A DNA stretch of 64,000 bases from a virus. Positions 54,135 through 63,784 of the stretch are shown here, piece after piece. How positions within the stretch are numbered: the first letter of the stretch is position 1; each line of letters starts with the position of its first letter. The position numbers were made by a program, and so were the translations under genes. The notes beneath the pieces are model-generated. The model was not told where the DNA came from and made no database searches. It saw nothing but the letters and a program-made list of their open reading frames with translations. The stretch covers positions 1-64,000 of IMG/VR virus record IMGVR_UViG_3300030012_001865. One strand, given 5' to 3'.

Positions 54135-54384
54135 CAAGTTTACTGCTAGAAATAGCGATTACGTTCTTTACGCATTTGTATTACTAGAGTATGGTGTCGA
54201 CATTGACACGCTAAGCACTAAAGATTTTCTAAAAGGTTTGAATAACAAAACATACCCATCTTTCGAGGGCATAGGACGTTGTCGCCGTAAACTACAAGAA
54301 AATCATCCAGAGTTTAGAGGTACAAAATGGCATGCAAGGCACGCAGAACAAGAAAAAGTTAAAAACGATTTAAATTTATTCTAA
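54088..54384 (+). CDS. Hypothetical protein
   Basis: ARNSD..L...PSFEGIGRCRRKLQE.HPEFRG pattern seen in phage proteins; ATG 54088 preferred. Confidence 0.7.
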   Translation: MKVKKYEKIVSKILLNKFTARNSDYVLYAFVLLEYGVDIDTLSTKDFLKGLNNKTYPSFEGIGRCRRKLQENHPEFRGTKWHARHAEQEKVKNDLNLF

Positions 54385-54560
54385 TGGAAGAACAAGAAAC
54401 CATTAAGTGGGGATTCTTTGATGGACACCCCCAATCAATTAGAAGTAAAGAGCATCAAGAGTATCTTATAAAAGAATACAACAAGAATAAGCCTCTTGAA
54501 GAACAAGTAGATAATATTACAGAATTTTTATTAGCTATAAAACAAGAAAAAGAAGATTAA
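54384..54560 (+). CDS. Small hypothetical protein, 58 aa (not in ORF track)
   Basis: MEEQETIKWGFFDGHPQSIRSKEHQEYLIKEYNK...; TAATG overlaps at both ends. Confidence 0.65.
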   Translation: MEEQETIKWGFFDGHPQSIRSKEHQEYLIKEYNKNKPLEEQVDNITEFLLAIKQEKED

Positions 54561-55240
54561 TGGCACAAGAATTATTAGTAGTTGGCGCAAGTGGTACAGG
54601 GAAATCCACTTCAATAGAAAACTTAAACCCTGAGTCTACATTTATTGTTAACGTGGCGCGTAAAGCACTACCGTTCAAAGGATGGAAGACTAAATATCCT
54701 ACATTCAACAAAGAGAACCCGCAAGGTAGATTTCATTCTAGCGATGTACCTGGTGAGATTCTTAAATGTTTGAATTACATCAATGAACAACGTCCTGAGA
54801 TCAAGACGATTGTCATCGATGACTATCAATACACAATGGCAAACGAGTATATGCGTAGAGCTAACGAGACTGGTTTCAAAAAGTTTACTGAGATTGCTCA
54901 GAATGCTTGGTCGATAATCAATGCCGTTAAATCTATGCGTGACGATTTGCTTGTAGTATTCATGATGCACTCCGAGGTTACATTCGACGCACACGGTAAC
55001 AAAGTAACTAAAGCAAAGACGATCGGTAAGATGATGGACAATGTGGTTACCCTCGAAGGTATGTTTACTATTGTATTGTACACAGATGTCACAAAGAGTG
55101 AGACAGGTATGACGTACTCGTTTATTACACAAAACGACGGTACTAATACAGGTAAAACTCCAAAAGACATGTTTGGATCTGTTAAAATACCAAACGATTT
55201 AGCGTTGGTAGCACAAGCTATCGAAGAGTATAATAATTAA
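54560..55240 (+). CDS. AAA_24 / Sak4-like ATPase (recombinase)
   Basis: GASGTGKS, IVIDD, KTIGKM.D, KTPKDMF; followed by an SSB-like gene. Confidence 0.82.
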   Translation: MAQELLVVGASGTGKSTSIENLNPESTFIVNVARKALPFKGWKTKYPTFNKENPQGRFHSSDVPGEILKCLNYINEQRPEIKTIVIDDYQYTMANEYMRRANETGFKKFTEIAQNAWSIINAVKSMRDDLLVVFMMHSEVTFDAHGNKVTKAKTIGKMMDNVVTLEGMFTIVLYTDVTKSETGMTYSFITQNDGTNTGKTPKDMFGSVKIPNDLALVAQAIEEYNN

Positions 55241-55257
55241 TTTTAAAAGAGAGAAAA

Positions 55258-55812
55258 ATGTACGGAAGTAACGTAGAAAGTAACAGTACTGGCGGTGTAA
55301 TGCCAGAAGTAGGTATCGTAGAGAACTGCGAGCTAACAAGTGTAACAATGAACACAGACAAAGGTGGTAGACTTGACTTCGAGTTTAAGCAGCCTAATGG
55401 TGCAACAGTAAAACATGCCGAGTTCCCTGCCAATCCAGACTATGGTGATGTAGAGAAACAAGCTACAGATGTATCACGTCGTGTAAAACATATTGCTACT
55501 AAATTTATGCCTGAGTCAGAGTTTGTGATTACAGATGTAAATAGTTTTGAAGAGTATGGCCACAAGGTTACAAATTTGTTTGGTCAGAAATATGCTGGTA
55601 AAAAGTTTAGAATGTTATTTATCTACAAAGGTAAATATGTGTCTCTGCCTAAGTATCCTAACTTTATCGAAGGTATGGAGACACCTGCAGAGAAGACTAA
55701 TATCTATATTTCAGACTACAACAAGAAGAAACTTGTTAAGCCTGAACCAGATGCGGCTCCAGTAACACCAGAAACAGTAATGAGTACAGGTGGTGCTGAA
55801 ATGCCGTTCTAA
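55258..55812 (+). CDS. Putative single-stranded DNA-binding protein
   Basis: Downstream of the Sak4-like ATPase; C-terminal ...AEMPF tail. Confidence 0.65.
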   Translation: MYGSNVESNSTGGVMPEVGIVENCELTSVTMNTDKGGRLDFEFKQPNGATVKHAEFPANPDYGDVEKQATDVSRRVKHIATKFMPESEFVITDVNSFEEYGHKVTNLFGQKYAGKKFRMLFIYKGKYVSLPKYPNFIEGMETPAEKTNIYISDYNKKKLVKPEPDAAPVTPETVMSTGGAEMPF

Positions 55813-56885
55813 TGTACGGTAGCCGTGTAGTAGAACTTAGTGATGAGGAGATTCTAAGCAGGATTAGCTGCTTAGACATCTTCTCTTACTATATAGGTAA
55901 AGATTTTAAATATGGTAGAGCTATATGTTCTCCACTCCGTAAGGATAAATCACCTTCTTTTACTATCTTTAAGCACAATAGTGGTAAGTATTTTTTCAAG
56001 GATTTTAGTACAGGTGAATCAGGCGACTGTTTTACTTTTCTTACTAAGCTCTTTGGTTTGAGACGATTTGATACATACAGACTTGTAGATAATGACTTTC
56101 AGCTTGGAATATCTACTACAAACTTTAATACGCCTACCAGACAATATGTAGGTGAGCGTATGAAAGAGTTGCAGAATATAGAACCATCTACTACTACTAT
56201 ACAAATTAAATCACGCCCTTGGAATGGGCAGGAGGATAAAAATTTCTGGTCTAAATATGGAATATGTTGTAACATCCTTAATAGATTTCACGTCAGACCC
56301 GCAGAACACGTGTGGGTTAATGATCGCCTCATTGTTAGCGCTAATAGGTACAATCCTATATATTCGTATGATTTTGGGGAAGGAAAAATGAAAATATACC
56401 AGCCATATGGCAAATACAAATGGCTTAGTAACACTAGTGCGTCGGACCTACAAGGTTTGAGCCAACTGCCTGATAGCGGAGACACACTAGTGATTACTAA
56501 ATCATTGAAAGATGTTATGTGTTTGAGTATATGGGATATACCTGCAGTGGCACCCTCGTCAGAAAGTTGTGTCATTCCTGCAGATGTTGTCAAGAATTTA
56601 TATGACAGATTTGCACGAATATACATATTATATGACTTTGACCGCACTGGCGTAGCTTTTGCTAATCAACATAGAAAGAGGTATGGATTTATACCATTAT
56701 TTTTTACTAATGGAAAATTTAATACCTTTGACTACGGAGCGAAGGATTTGTCAGACTTTATAGCTAACAAAAGTCTTAGACATGCTGCAGAATTAATAGA
56801 ACACACATGCCAAGAGGGATATTCATACCAGGAAACGTACCGTCAAGTAAGAACGGTAGAAGATGGACAGGAAGGTACTTTATAG
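55812..56885 (+). CDS. DNA primase (DnaG-like, crAss-type)
   Basis: SPLRKDKSPSF, FKDFSTGESGDCF, TOPRIM ITKSLKDVM, YDFD.TG, AKDLSDF. Confidence 0.85.
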   Translation: MYGSRVVELSDEEILSRISCLDIFSYYIGKDFKYGRAICSPLRKDKSPSFTIFKHNSGKYFFKDFSTGESGDCFTFLTKLFGLRRFDTYRLVDNDFQLGISTTNFNTPTRQYVGERMKELQNIEPSTTTIQIKSRPWNGQEDKNFWSKYGICCNILNRFHVRPAEHVWVNDRLIVSANRYNPIYSYDFGEGKMKIYQPYGKYKWLSNTSASDLQGLSQLPDSGDTLVITKSLKDVMCLSIWDIPAVAPSSESCVIPADVVKNLYDRFARIYILYDFDRTGVAFANQHRKRYGFIPLFFTNGKFNTFDYGAKDLSDFIANKSLRHAAELIEHTCQEGYSYQETYRQVRTVEDGQEGTL

Positions 56886-57193
56886 TTTCTAAACAAACTC
56901 AACGATACTACAAGAATAGTAAAAAGTATTGGGTCGAGTATAAGAAAGAATTCAAAAAATTATTAAAGGGAAAAGATTCACAAAACAAAGCGCCGTATCG
57001 AATTACGTTTAAGTTTGTACGCAAGAGTAGACATAAGTTTGACTACATAAATCCTGCACAGACTGTACAAGATCAGATGGTAAAATTCGGGTGGATAACT
57101 GATGATAATGCAGAAGAAATGATTCCTATATTCTTAGAGTTTGAATACAATAAAGATAACCCAGGAGTTTATATTAACGTTTTAAAATCATAA
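56807..57193 (+). CDS. Holliday junction resolvase (RusA-like)
   Basis: PGNVPSSKN, KFDYINP.QTVQD, DDN. Confidence 0.75.
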   Translation: MPRGIFIPGNVPSSKNGRRWTGRYFIVSKQTQRYYKNSKKYWVEYKKEFKKLLKGKDSQNKAPYRITFKFVRKSRHKFDYINPAQTVQDQMVKFGWITDDNAEEMIPIFLEFEYNKDNPGVYINVLKS

Positions 57194-57195
57194 TT

Positions 57196-57501
57196 ATGAC
57201 AATACAATACACAGAAGAGTTTAAGACAAAGTGCTTTAACTATCTTAGACACTTCATGGATATTAGGTTACTGATGTCTGCTATAGATAATAGCAGAGAT
57301 AGCGTTGTAAGATATTATCTCGAGAGAGCACTAGATGATCCAGAACTGTACGTGGATCATATGGCTGACGACGGAGATCGTATGGTTGCAAATGCTAAAA
57401 TACATGCTCATGCACAGCGGCAAGAGCTATACAATGAATACATGGAATTATTAACTAAAACACTAGACAAACAAAATGTCCGAAGAAAATTACTACGGTA
57501 G
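57196..57501 (+). CDS. Hypothetical protein
   Basis: ORF track. Confidence 0.65.
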   Translation: MTIQYTEEFKTKCFNYLRHFMDIRLLMSAIDNSRDSVVRYYLERALDDPELYVDHMADDGDRMVANAKIHAHAQRQELYNEYMELLTKTLDKQNVRRKLLR

Positions 57502-58468
57502 AGAAGAAATCTCTAACAGCGATTTAAATGAGTTAAAAGTATCTCCTCGCAGATTTGTTATGCGAAAACAAAGAGAGATGCAAACAAAAAGTGCCGCTTT
57601 AGAACTTGGTACTCTTATTCATAGATTTACGCTAGAACCTGACACATTTATACTAGCAGACGTAGAGCCTGTTGGAGGTAAAATGGGTGAGTATATTAAA
57701 TCTTATTATGAGTTAGAGAAAGTTGGTACGCCAGAAGATAAAATAGCTGAGATGGCGTATCAGATGTCTGGTTATAAACCATCTCATTCTAAACCAGAAA
57801 CTATTCTTAAAAGCTTTAAAAACAAAGAAGAAAATGTAAAGTTTTATGAGTTTCTAAAAAATGCAGAAGGAAAAATAGCGCTTACACCAAAAGATAAGCA
57901 AATTGTAGAAGGATGTCTAACATCTTTACGCGGTCATGTAGTATCTAATAAGTTATTATTTACAGAGTATAATGAAGAATCAAACACAGAAGCTTTTAAC
58001 GAGCGAGAGATATTCTTTAAACAATATGATGTAGATTGTAAATCTAAATTAGATAGAATTATTGTAGATCACGATAATAAAACAGTGACTATTGTAGATC
58101 TTAAAACTACTAGTAGCCAAGTTTATGGTACATGCGAACCATTGCCAAAAAAGCTTAGAACTGGTGTACTAATTAGAGATTGGCACGTTACAGGTTTTAT
58201 GTATGCCTGCATAAACTACTCTTATTATAGACAACTAGCATTTTATATAAACGCTGCTATTGCTGAATACCCAGACTATGGGGTAGAAGCTTTTATTGTT
58301 GCTGTAGATACAAAAGGTTCGTATGATGTAGCAGTATATAAATTACCTCAAGAATGGCTTGATGAAGGTAATGAAGAGATAAAATGTCTTTTAACCGAGT
58401 TAAAACATTATAAAGAAGCAAATAACTTTAGTGTAAAACAAGGATACGAAGAGGTTGTATCATATTAA
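57476..58468 (+). CDS. PD-(D/E)XK exonuclease (RecE/ExoVIII-like)
   Basis: ISNSDL, LGTLIH..TLEP, KSKLDR, IVDLKTT, YYRQLAFY. Confidence 0.85.
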   Translation: MSEENYYGREEISNSDLNELKVSPRRFVMRKQREMQTKSAALELGTLIHRFTLEPDTFILADVEPVGGKMGEYIKSYYELEKVGTPEDKIAEMAYQMSGYKPSHSKPETILKSFKNKEENVKFYEFLKNAEGKIALTPKDKQIVEGCLTSLRGHVVSNKLLFTEYNEESNTEAFNEREIFFKQYDVDCKSKLDRIIVDHDNKTVTIVDLKTTSSQVYGTCEPLPKKLRTGVLIRDWHVTGFMYACINYSYYRQLAFYINAAIAEYPDYGVEAFIVAVDTKGSYDVAVYKLPQEWLDEGNEEIKCLLTELKHYKEANNFSVKQGYEEVVSY

Positions 58469-58475
58469 GTAGATT

Positions 58476-59051
58476 GTGATGGGGAAGATTGATATTGTGC
58501 CGAAACAAATGCTTAACAAGAGCTATACCTACATTCTTCCTATGCTCAGCACAAAACTAGATGTTGTTAAACAGAATCTTATCAATGCTTATATAGGCGC
58601 TGATGAGTATTCTGGATACGACAATCATATTTTTTTGCTGTATAGATATGTAGGTAATCCAAGATTTATAGAATACGAAGATTACTTAGAACATACTGTA
58701 TTGTTTAAAGCTAAATACGATCCTGATAAATATCATGTAATGTTTATTTTTGATGTTCCTAAAGATTATCAGAGAGAGTATGATTTATTTAAAAAAGGCA
58801 AATATTCTAAGTTTTCTCAAGAATATAAAATCTTGATATTTAAATTTCATCAAATTTTAGACGAAAATCATAAGGTGGCTAAAGTTCTTTATAGACATCC
58901 AGATCTTAGAGAAGAGATAGAAGACAGATTAGATACTGTACTTCCTGAAGACTCTGAGCTATCTTCTGTACCTGATCTTTCTATAGAGATGTATACAGAA
59001 GAGATGAAAATAACAGACCCTTTAGTTCCACCAGAAAATCCATTTGAATAA
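58476..59051 (+). CDS. Conserved hypothetical protein
   Basis: ORF track; YILPML...FKKGKYSKFS pattern. Confidence 0.7.
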   Translation: MMGKIDIVPKQMLNKSYTYILPMLSTKLDVVKQNLINAYIGADEYSGYDNHIFLLYRYVGNPRFIEYEDYLEHTVLFKAKYDPDKYHVMFIFDVPKDYQREYDLFKKGKYSKFSQEYKILIFKFHQILDENHKVAKVLYRHPDLREEIEDRLDTVLPEDSELSSVPDLSIEMYTEEMKITDPLVPPENPFE

Positions 59052-61460
59052 ATGAAACTACAACAACAACACCACGTCGACGAAGTTATCGGCGTACAGA
59101 AACAACACAAGTTCAAGATCACGGACGGTTCACAGGCTATCATTATGGATAGCCTGATTAATTTATACTCGGATCCTATTGGTTCGATTGTCCGTGAGAT
59201 CACTTCTAATTGTATCGACGCAAATCGTGAGCGCGATCTTAAACTAGCTAAGAAGATTCCTATGGAATCCGAAGACGACACTAGTTTCTGGTCTGATAAG
59301 CAAACGGTTTGCATCGAATACATTACGAAGAACACCATCCTAGGCGTGGATGAGTGTATGATGTTCCACGATTATGGCTGCGGTCTATCTCAGAAGCGTG
59401 TGCAAGATGTATTTACTACATTCGGCGCATCTACAAAGAGAGACAACAACTATGAGATCGGTGGTTTCGGCCTCGGTGCAAAGTCACCTTTGGCTTATGC
59501 AGATACCTTCTATGTATCTAGTAGACACAATGGTACTGAAACATATTATATGATTTATCGTAACAACGATAACGTTCCACATATGGATCAGGTATATCAG
59601 GCATCTACAGATCAGCAGAATGGTACTACTATTATTGTACCTATTAAACATCGATATGATGCTTCTGACTTTAGAGATGCTATTAGTAATCAGCTTGCAT
59701 ACTTTGACAATATTGTACTAAAGAATGTTGAAGAAGGTATAGGTGCAGTTCGTAACTATTATCATCATAAAAGTGTAATAGAAGAAACAGATTCTTATAT
59801 TATTACTAATGAAGGTTCAGACCCATGTCTTCTTGTAGGTAGAGTTAGGTATCCTATTAACTGGGATTTACTAAAAGGTGTAGACAAGTATGATTACAAT
59901 GCTAGTGTAGCTTTTAAGTTCCAGATTGGTGTGCTTGATCTTGTACCTTCTCGCGAAGAGATACGATACACTCCTAAAACTATTACACTTATTCAGACAG
60001 CTCTTAATAATGTGAGAAAACAGTTTAAGGACGATTTATCAAATAGGTACTCTGATCTTACAGACTATATTGAATATCTACTTGCTATATCTAATATAGG
60101 TAATGGTGGTTATCGATATTCATGTCTTACAAGTAGTGATCCATCAGCTGTAAAAGCTAGTATGGCACAACTAACAGCTTATGATGTACCGTACAAGCCT
60201 AATGAAGATCTTACTCCTGGTGCTCAGTACAATGGTGGTAATGCCTTTCATCAAATCTTTGATGGTATATCTGTCTACCACTGTAAGAAAACTAGTAACT
60301 CTTCTGCTATAGGCGGCGAGACTATATACAACAAAGAGATATTTGACTGGCCTACTTTCTTTAATGCTATGAAAGAGGTGGAGCATATGTATTATGTACA
60401 AGGTAACTTTAATAAACTTAAAAGTTATGGTATTATAAATGATAGAGAAGAGGGATCTTTTGTAGCATTTAAAGCAGACGTACATAAGATAGGTGCTAAA
60501 CTTGATGCTAAATCTCACAATCTTAGCGACTCTCGTACTGCAGATGTAAAACGTATGGTATTTAATATTGTGACTAGAGCCCTTGGCAGGTCTAAGTTTA
60601 AATTATCATATGATGATGTAGAAGATGCAGTGCTTGATGCGGCCCATGGTGATGTGGTTGATAACAAGACCCGTCGTAAGATAAACAAGATGGTGTTTGC
60701 TCGCGATGCTTATGTTAAAAATACTGGTTATGAGGTAGGCATTAAGCATTCTAATAACGAGTATAAGATTTCTGATCTCCAGGAGAAGCTGCAGGCAGAA
60801 AATCCTACTTTAAAAGCTGTTGTCTATGCTGAAACTAAAGATATATGTGAACTTGATAAGGTTACTAAGATACTTAGCAGTGATCAAAATAATATCCACA
60901 ATGCATATGGTGGTTATGATCAGTACTTCACTAAAGGACCTTACAGAGTTCTAAAAGTATCTAAAGATGTAGCAAAAGAGTTTAAAGATTTAGAAGGATT
61001 TATAACAGCACATGAGTTTATGAAAAGCCCAAAACACCTGCAGAGATTTATTACTGCACAGCAAATCGGTAAGTATATAGAAAGTTTTAAATTCTTATCT
61101 AACTATAAAGAGTATGATGGACCATTGTATGGTTTATATTGTTCTCTTAATAAGTATCATAATGACAATACCAACAGTTGTTGGCGTTGTGACGATGATA
61201 TGAAACCTATAGTTAAAGAGATTATGAAACTAGATATACCAGACGATGTTAGGTATAGTATGAAGATGATAAATAAGCTAGAAGAAGTGATAGAATACTC
61301 ACAAGGTTTAGACCTTTTGAATCATGTAGACTTTGTTCCAAAAGCTAGGAAATCTATAGAAGATTTCTTATCTTTAAAGGATAAAATGCCTGACAATCAA
61401 CAAGTTAAATTAACATTAACAGCTAAAAATCAAAATGAAAATGAACTACTTAGTAGCTAA
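59052..61460 (+). CDS. rIIA: rIIA-like protein (N-terminal GHKL ATPase)
   Basis: LYSDPIGSIVREITSNCIDA, DYGCGL, ASTKRDNN..IGGFGLGAKSP.AY, PSREE; paired with rIIB. Confidence 0.88.
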   Translation: MKLQQQHHVDEVIGVQKQHKFKITDGSQAIIMDSLINLYSDPIGSIVREITSNCIDANRERDLKLAKKIPMESEDDTSFWSDKQTVCIEYITKNTILGVDECMMFHDYGCGLSQKRVQDVFTTFGASTKRDNNYEIGGFGLGAKSPLAYADTFYVSSRHNGTETYYMIYRNNDNVPHMDQVYQASTDQQNGTTIIVPIKHRYDASDFRDAISNQLAYFDNIVLKNVEEGIGAVRNYYHHKSVIEETDSYIITNEGSDPCLLVGRVRYPINWDLLKGVDKYDYNASVAFKFQIGVLDLVPSREEIRYTPKTITLIQTALNNVRKQFKDDLSNRYSDLTDYIEYLLAISNIGNGGYRYSCLTSSDPSAVKASMAQLTAYDVPYKPNEDLTPGAQYNGGNAFHQIFDGISVYHCKKTSNSSAIGGETIYNKEIFDWPTFFNAMKEVEHMYYVQGNFNKLKSYGIINDREEGSFVAFKADVHKIGAKLDAKSHNLSDSRTADVKRMVFNIVTRALGRSKFKLSYDDVEDAVLDAAHGDVVDNKTRRKINKMVFARDAYVKNTGYEVGIKHSNNEYKISDLQEKLQAENPTLKAVVYAETKDICELDKVTKILSSDQNNIHNAYGGYDQYFTKGPYRVLKVSKDVAKEFKDLEGFITAHEFMKSPKHLQRFITAQQIGKYIESFKFLSNYKEYDGPLYGLYCSLNKYHNDNTNSCWRCDDDMKPIVKEIMKLDIPDDVRYSMKMINKLEEVIEYSQGLDLLNHVDFVPKARKSIEDFLSLKDKMPDNQQVKLTLTAKNQNENELLSS

Positions 61461-62448
61461 AGTAACACCTAGTGATGTTACAGTAATTATTGATGGAAAG
61501 CACAAGAGAATCCGAAAGGATTCTCCTGATGCTGAATTGGTTATTGCTCTCGTAAAGCAATACAATTCTTGTAAATTTCTTGAAGAGAGACAAGATATTA
61601 TTACAAAGATAGAAGAACTTTGCAATCCTGCAAAGAAAATCGAATTTAATTCTGATGGTAGATTTGAATTCGATGGTAATTCAGCTATGTATCTTAAAGG
61701 TACAAGCGATCCGATACCTGAGTTTCTTGCTAAAAAGCTTTTGGAGTATATCGACAAAGGTTTGAATGTAGAAGCTCTGGTTAACTTCTGGAAGAACACT
61801 TTGCTTAACCCTGATAAAGGTGTTAGACAACAGTTGTTCAGCTTCTTAGAACATAATGGTCATCCTATTACAGACAAAGGTTATTTCTTGGCATACAAAG
61901 CTGTTGCTGTCAAACGTAAGTTTGATGTAGAAACAGGTGAGGAGATAATTAATGTTCGTTATGATGAAGAGACAGGTGAACGTGTAGAAGAGAAACTATC
62001 TCAGTCTATGACGTTCAAGCCTTTTCATTCTGGCTCACACGGTATGACTATTAAAGTCGGCACGCCTATAACAATGCCGAGAGAAGAGTGTGACTCTGAT
62101 CCTGATGTAACATGTTCAGCAGGTCTACACGTAGGTTCTATGGCGTATGTTCACGATTTTGGACATAGTGATAGAGTAGTATTGGAGGTTTTAGTTAGTC
62201 CTCGTAATGTTGTAGCGGTGCCATCTGACTACAATAATACGAAGATGCGTACTTGTGAGTACTATCCTATTGCTATTACAAATGGTGAGAATGAGAACAT
62301 TTATCTCGAATCTGATTATGCTGCCCATGATCATGAAACTATGCAAGACGACATCGTTAAATACGAGGAGTCTAAGAGAGATGTAATCAAGGAAATCGAG
62401 CGAGAGCTTGCAGAACGGAAAGCAATAGCTGAAGAATTGGTATCATGA
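61435..62448 (+). CDS. rIIB: rIIB-like protein
   Basis: NP...VRQQLFSFLEH, ITDKGYFLAYK, MPREECD.DP..TCSAGLHVG, VVAVPSDYNN.KMRTCEY. Confidence 0.9.
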   Translation: MKMNYLVAKVTPSDVTVIIDGKHKRIRKDSPDAELVIALVKQYNSCKFLEERQDIITKIEELCNPAKKIEFNSDGRFEFDGNSAMYLKGTSDPIPEFLAKKLLEYIDKGLNVEALVNFWKNTLLNPDKGVRQQLFSFLEHNGHPITDKGYFLAYKAVAVKRKFDVETGEEIINVRYDEETGERVEEKLSQSMTFKPFHSGSHGMTIKVGTPITMPREECDSDPDVTCSAGLHVGSMAYVHDFGHSDRVVLEVLVSPRNVVAVPSDYNNTKMRTCEYYPIAITNGENENIYLESDYAAHDHETMQDDIVKYEESKRDVIKEIERELAERKAIAEELVS

Positions 62449-63125
62449 GCCACACTGCAACTGATATGATTAATACTCGTAACATTGCAGTGGATACTAT
62501 TGGTGAATCCTGGGCCCAGCATTTGGGCTCAGAATTCTCCAAAGAATATATGAAGATATTATCTGCAACTCTTAAACGAGAAAGAATGACGCATACTATA
62601 TATCCTGAACAACAGGATGTATTCAATGCATACATTCATACTCCTTACGACAAAGTTCGTGTCGTAATACTGGGCCAGGATCCGTATCACAATGGTGCGG
62701 CGGATGGTCTAGCATTTAGTAGTAAGAAGCCTGATTTTGTGCCTCAGTCACTACGTAATATATTTAAAGAGATCGGTTATGAAACTAAATATCCTAGTCT
62801 AGAGAGATGGGCAAAACAAGGTGTGTTATTACTTAACACTTGTCTTACAGTTCGTAAAGGTTTGCCTAACTCGCATTCTAAAATAGGATGGCAGAATTTT
62901 ACTTTTAAAACTATACAATCTTTAAATGATAAAGATCATGTAATATTTATGTTATGGGGTGCACATGCTCAGAAATATGATGAGTATATCGATCCTAAAC
63001 ATACCGTATTAAAATGTGCGCACCCATCACCATTCTCCGCTCACAGAGGGTTTTTGGGTAGCGGACATTTTAAATGGATAAATGAATATTATAAACAAAC
63101 AAACCAGCCTACTATAGACTGGTAA
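62445..63125 (+). CDS. ung: Uracil-DNA glycosylase, family 1
   Basis: GQDPYH, GLAFS, GVLLLN, HPSPFS. Confidence 0.95.
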   Translation: MSHTATDMINTRNIAVDTIGESWAQHLGSEFSKEYMKILSATLKRERMTHTIYPEQQDVFNAYIHTPYDKVRVVILGQDPYHNGAADGLAFSSKKPDFVPQSLRNIFKEIGYETKYPSLERWAKQGVLLLNTCLTVRKGLPNSHSKIGWQNFTFKTIQSLNDKDHVIFMLWGAHAQKYDEYIDPKHTVLKCAHPSPFSAHRGFLGSGHFKWINEYYKQTNQPTIDW

Positions 63126-63170
63126 AAATCTAGCGTGTGTTGTTGATTACTTGTTGTTGTTGTGCTAGAT

Positions 63171-63202
63171 GTAGGAAAGGGGCCTTGTGCCCCTTTTTCT
63201 AC
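63171..63202. terminator. Bidirectional terminator between convergent arms
   Basis: GTAGGAAAGGGGC-CTTGT-GCCCCTTTTTCTAC. Confidence 0.8.
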
Positions 63203-63648
63203 TAATCTTGACAAGCTACAAATACTTCAATTTGTATTGTACCACTACTAGATTTTGCAGATATAACATCTATATTAGCTAAACTTTCTCCTGTACCAAG
63301 AGCAGTATCGCCGTCTTCGTGCCCATCCATCATGTTATTTCCTAGTAAGAAATGATCTTCTGATTCTAATTTTACAAAATATTCTGAATCTGACTGACTT
63401 ACTCTTAATGTAATGTCTGCAGATCCATCTAAGTTTGTAATACGTAAGTATTGCACAGAGTTATCTTTAAATGTGCCTGCAGATGCAGCCGAATCAAATT
63501 TAACTACGTCTACATATGCTGTACCTACATCCATAATTCTATGTGATACCTCGTTTACAGTTTCAGTGTGTGTATTTGTTGTACCTCTATCAGTACTACC
63601 ATCTCCCATAGAGACAGTTTCAGTCAGTGTTATCGTTAAGTTTGCCAT
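63202..63648 (-). CDS. Small beta-rich putative structural protein (distant paralogue of 38474-39292)
   Basis: MANLTITL...YLRITNLD...FVKLESEDHFLL...IEVF. Confidence 0.7.
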   Translation of the reverse strand: MANLTITLTETVSMGDGSTDRGTTNTHTETVNEVSHRIMDVGTAYVDVVKFDSAASAGTFKDNSVQYLRITNLDGSADITLRVSQSDSEYFVKLESEDHFLLGNNMMDGHEDGDTALGTGESLANIDVISAKSSSGTIQIEVFVACQD

Positions 63649-63784
63649 TGTCTATAATTATATAAATTTGTATTAATCCTAAAAAAAATTGTACCTCATA
63701 ATAAGGTGCATACTCTTCTGGTTGGAAGTGTCTTACTCCAAATAATAATCCTTTTGCCCAATTTATTCCAAAAGCGAATTTCAT
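63620..63784 (-). CDS. Small hypothetical protein, 54 aa (not in ORF track)
   Basis: MKFAFGINWAKGLLFGVRHFQPEEYAPYYEVQFFLGLIQIYIII...; TAATG overlap with the upstream stop. Confidence 0.6.
   Translation of the reverse strand: MKFAFGINWAKGLLFGVRHFQPEEYAPYYEVQFFLGLIQIYIIIDNGKLNDNTD

Noticed and set aside
44955-62635. Minus-strand ORFs within the replication arm
   Set aside because: They are antisense shadows of recognisable plus-strand genes
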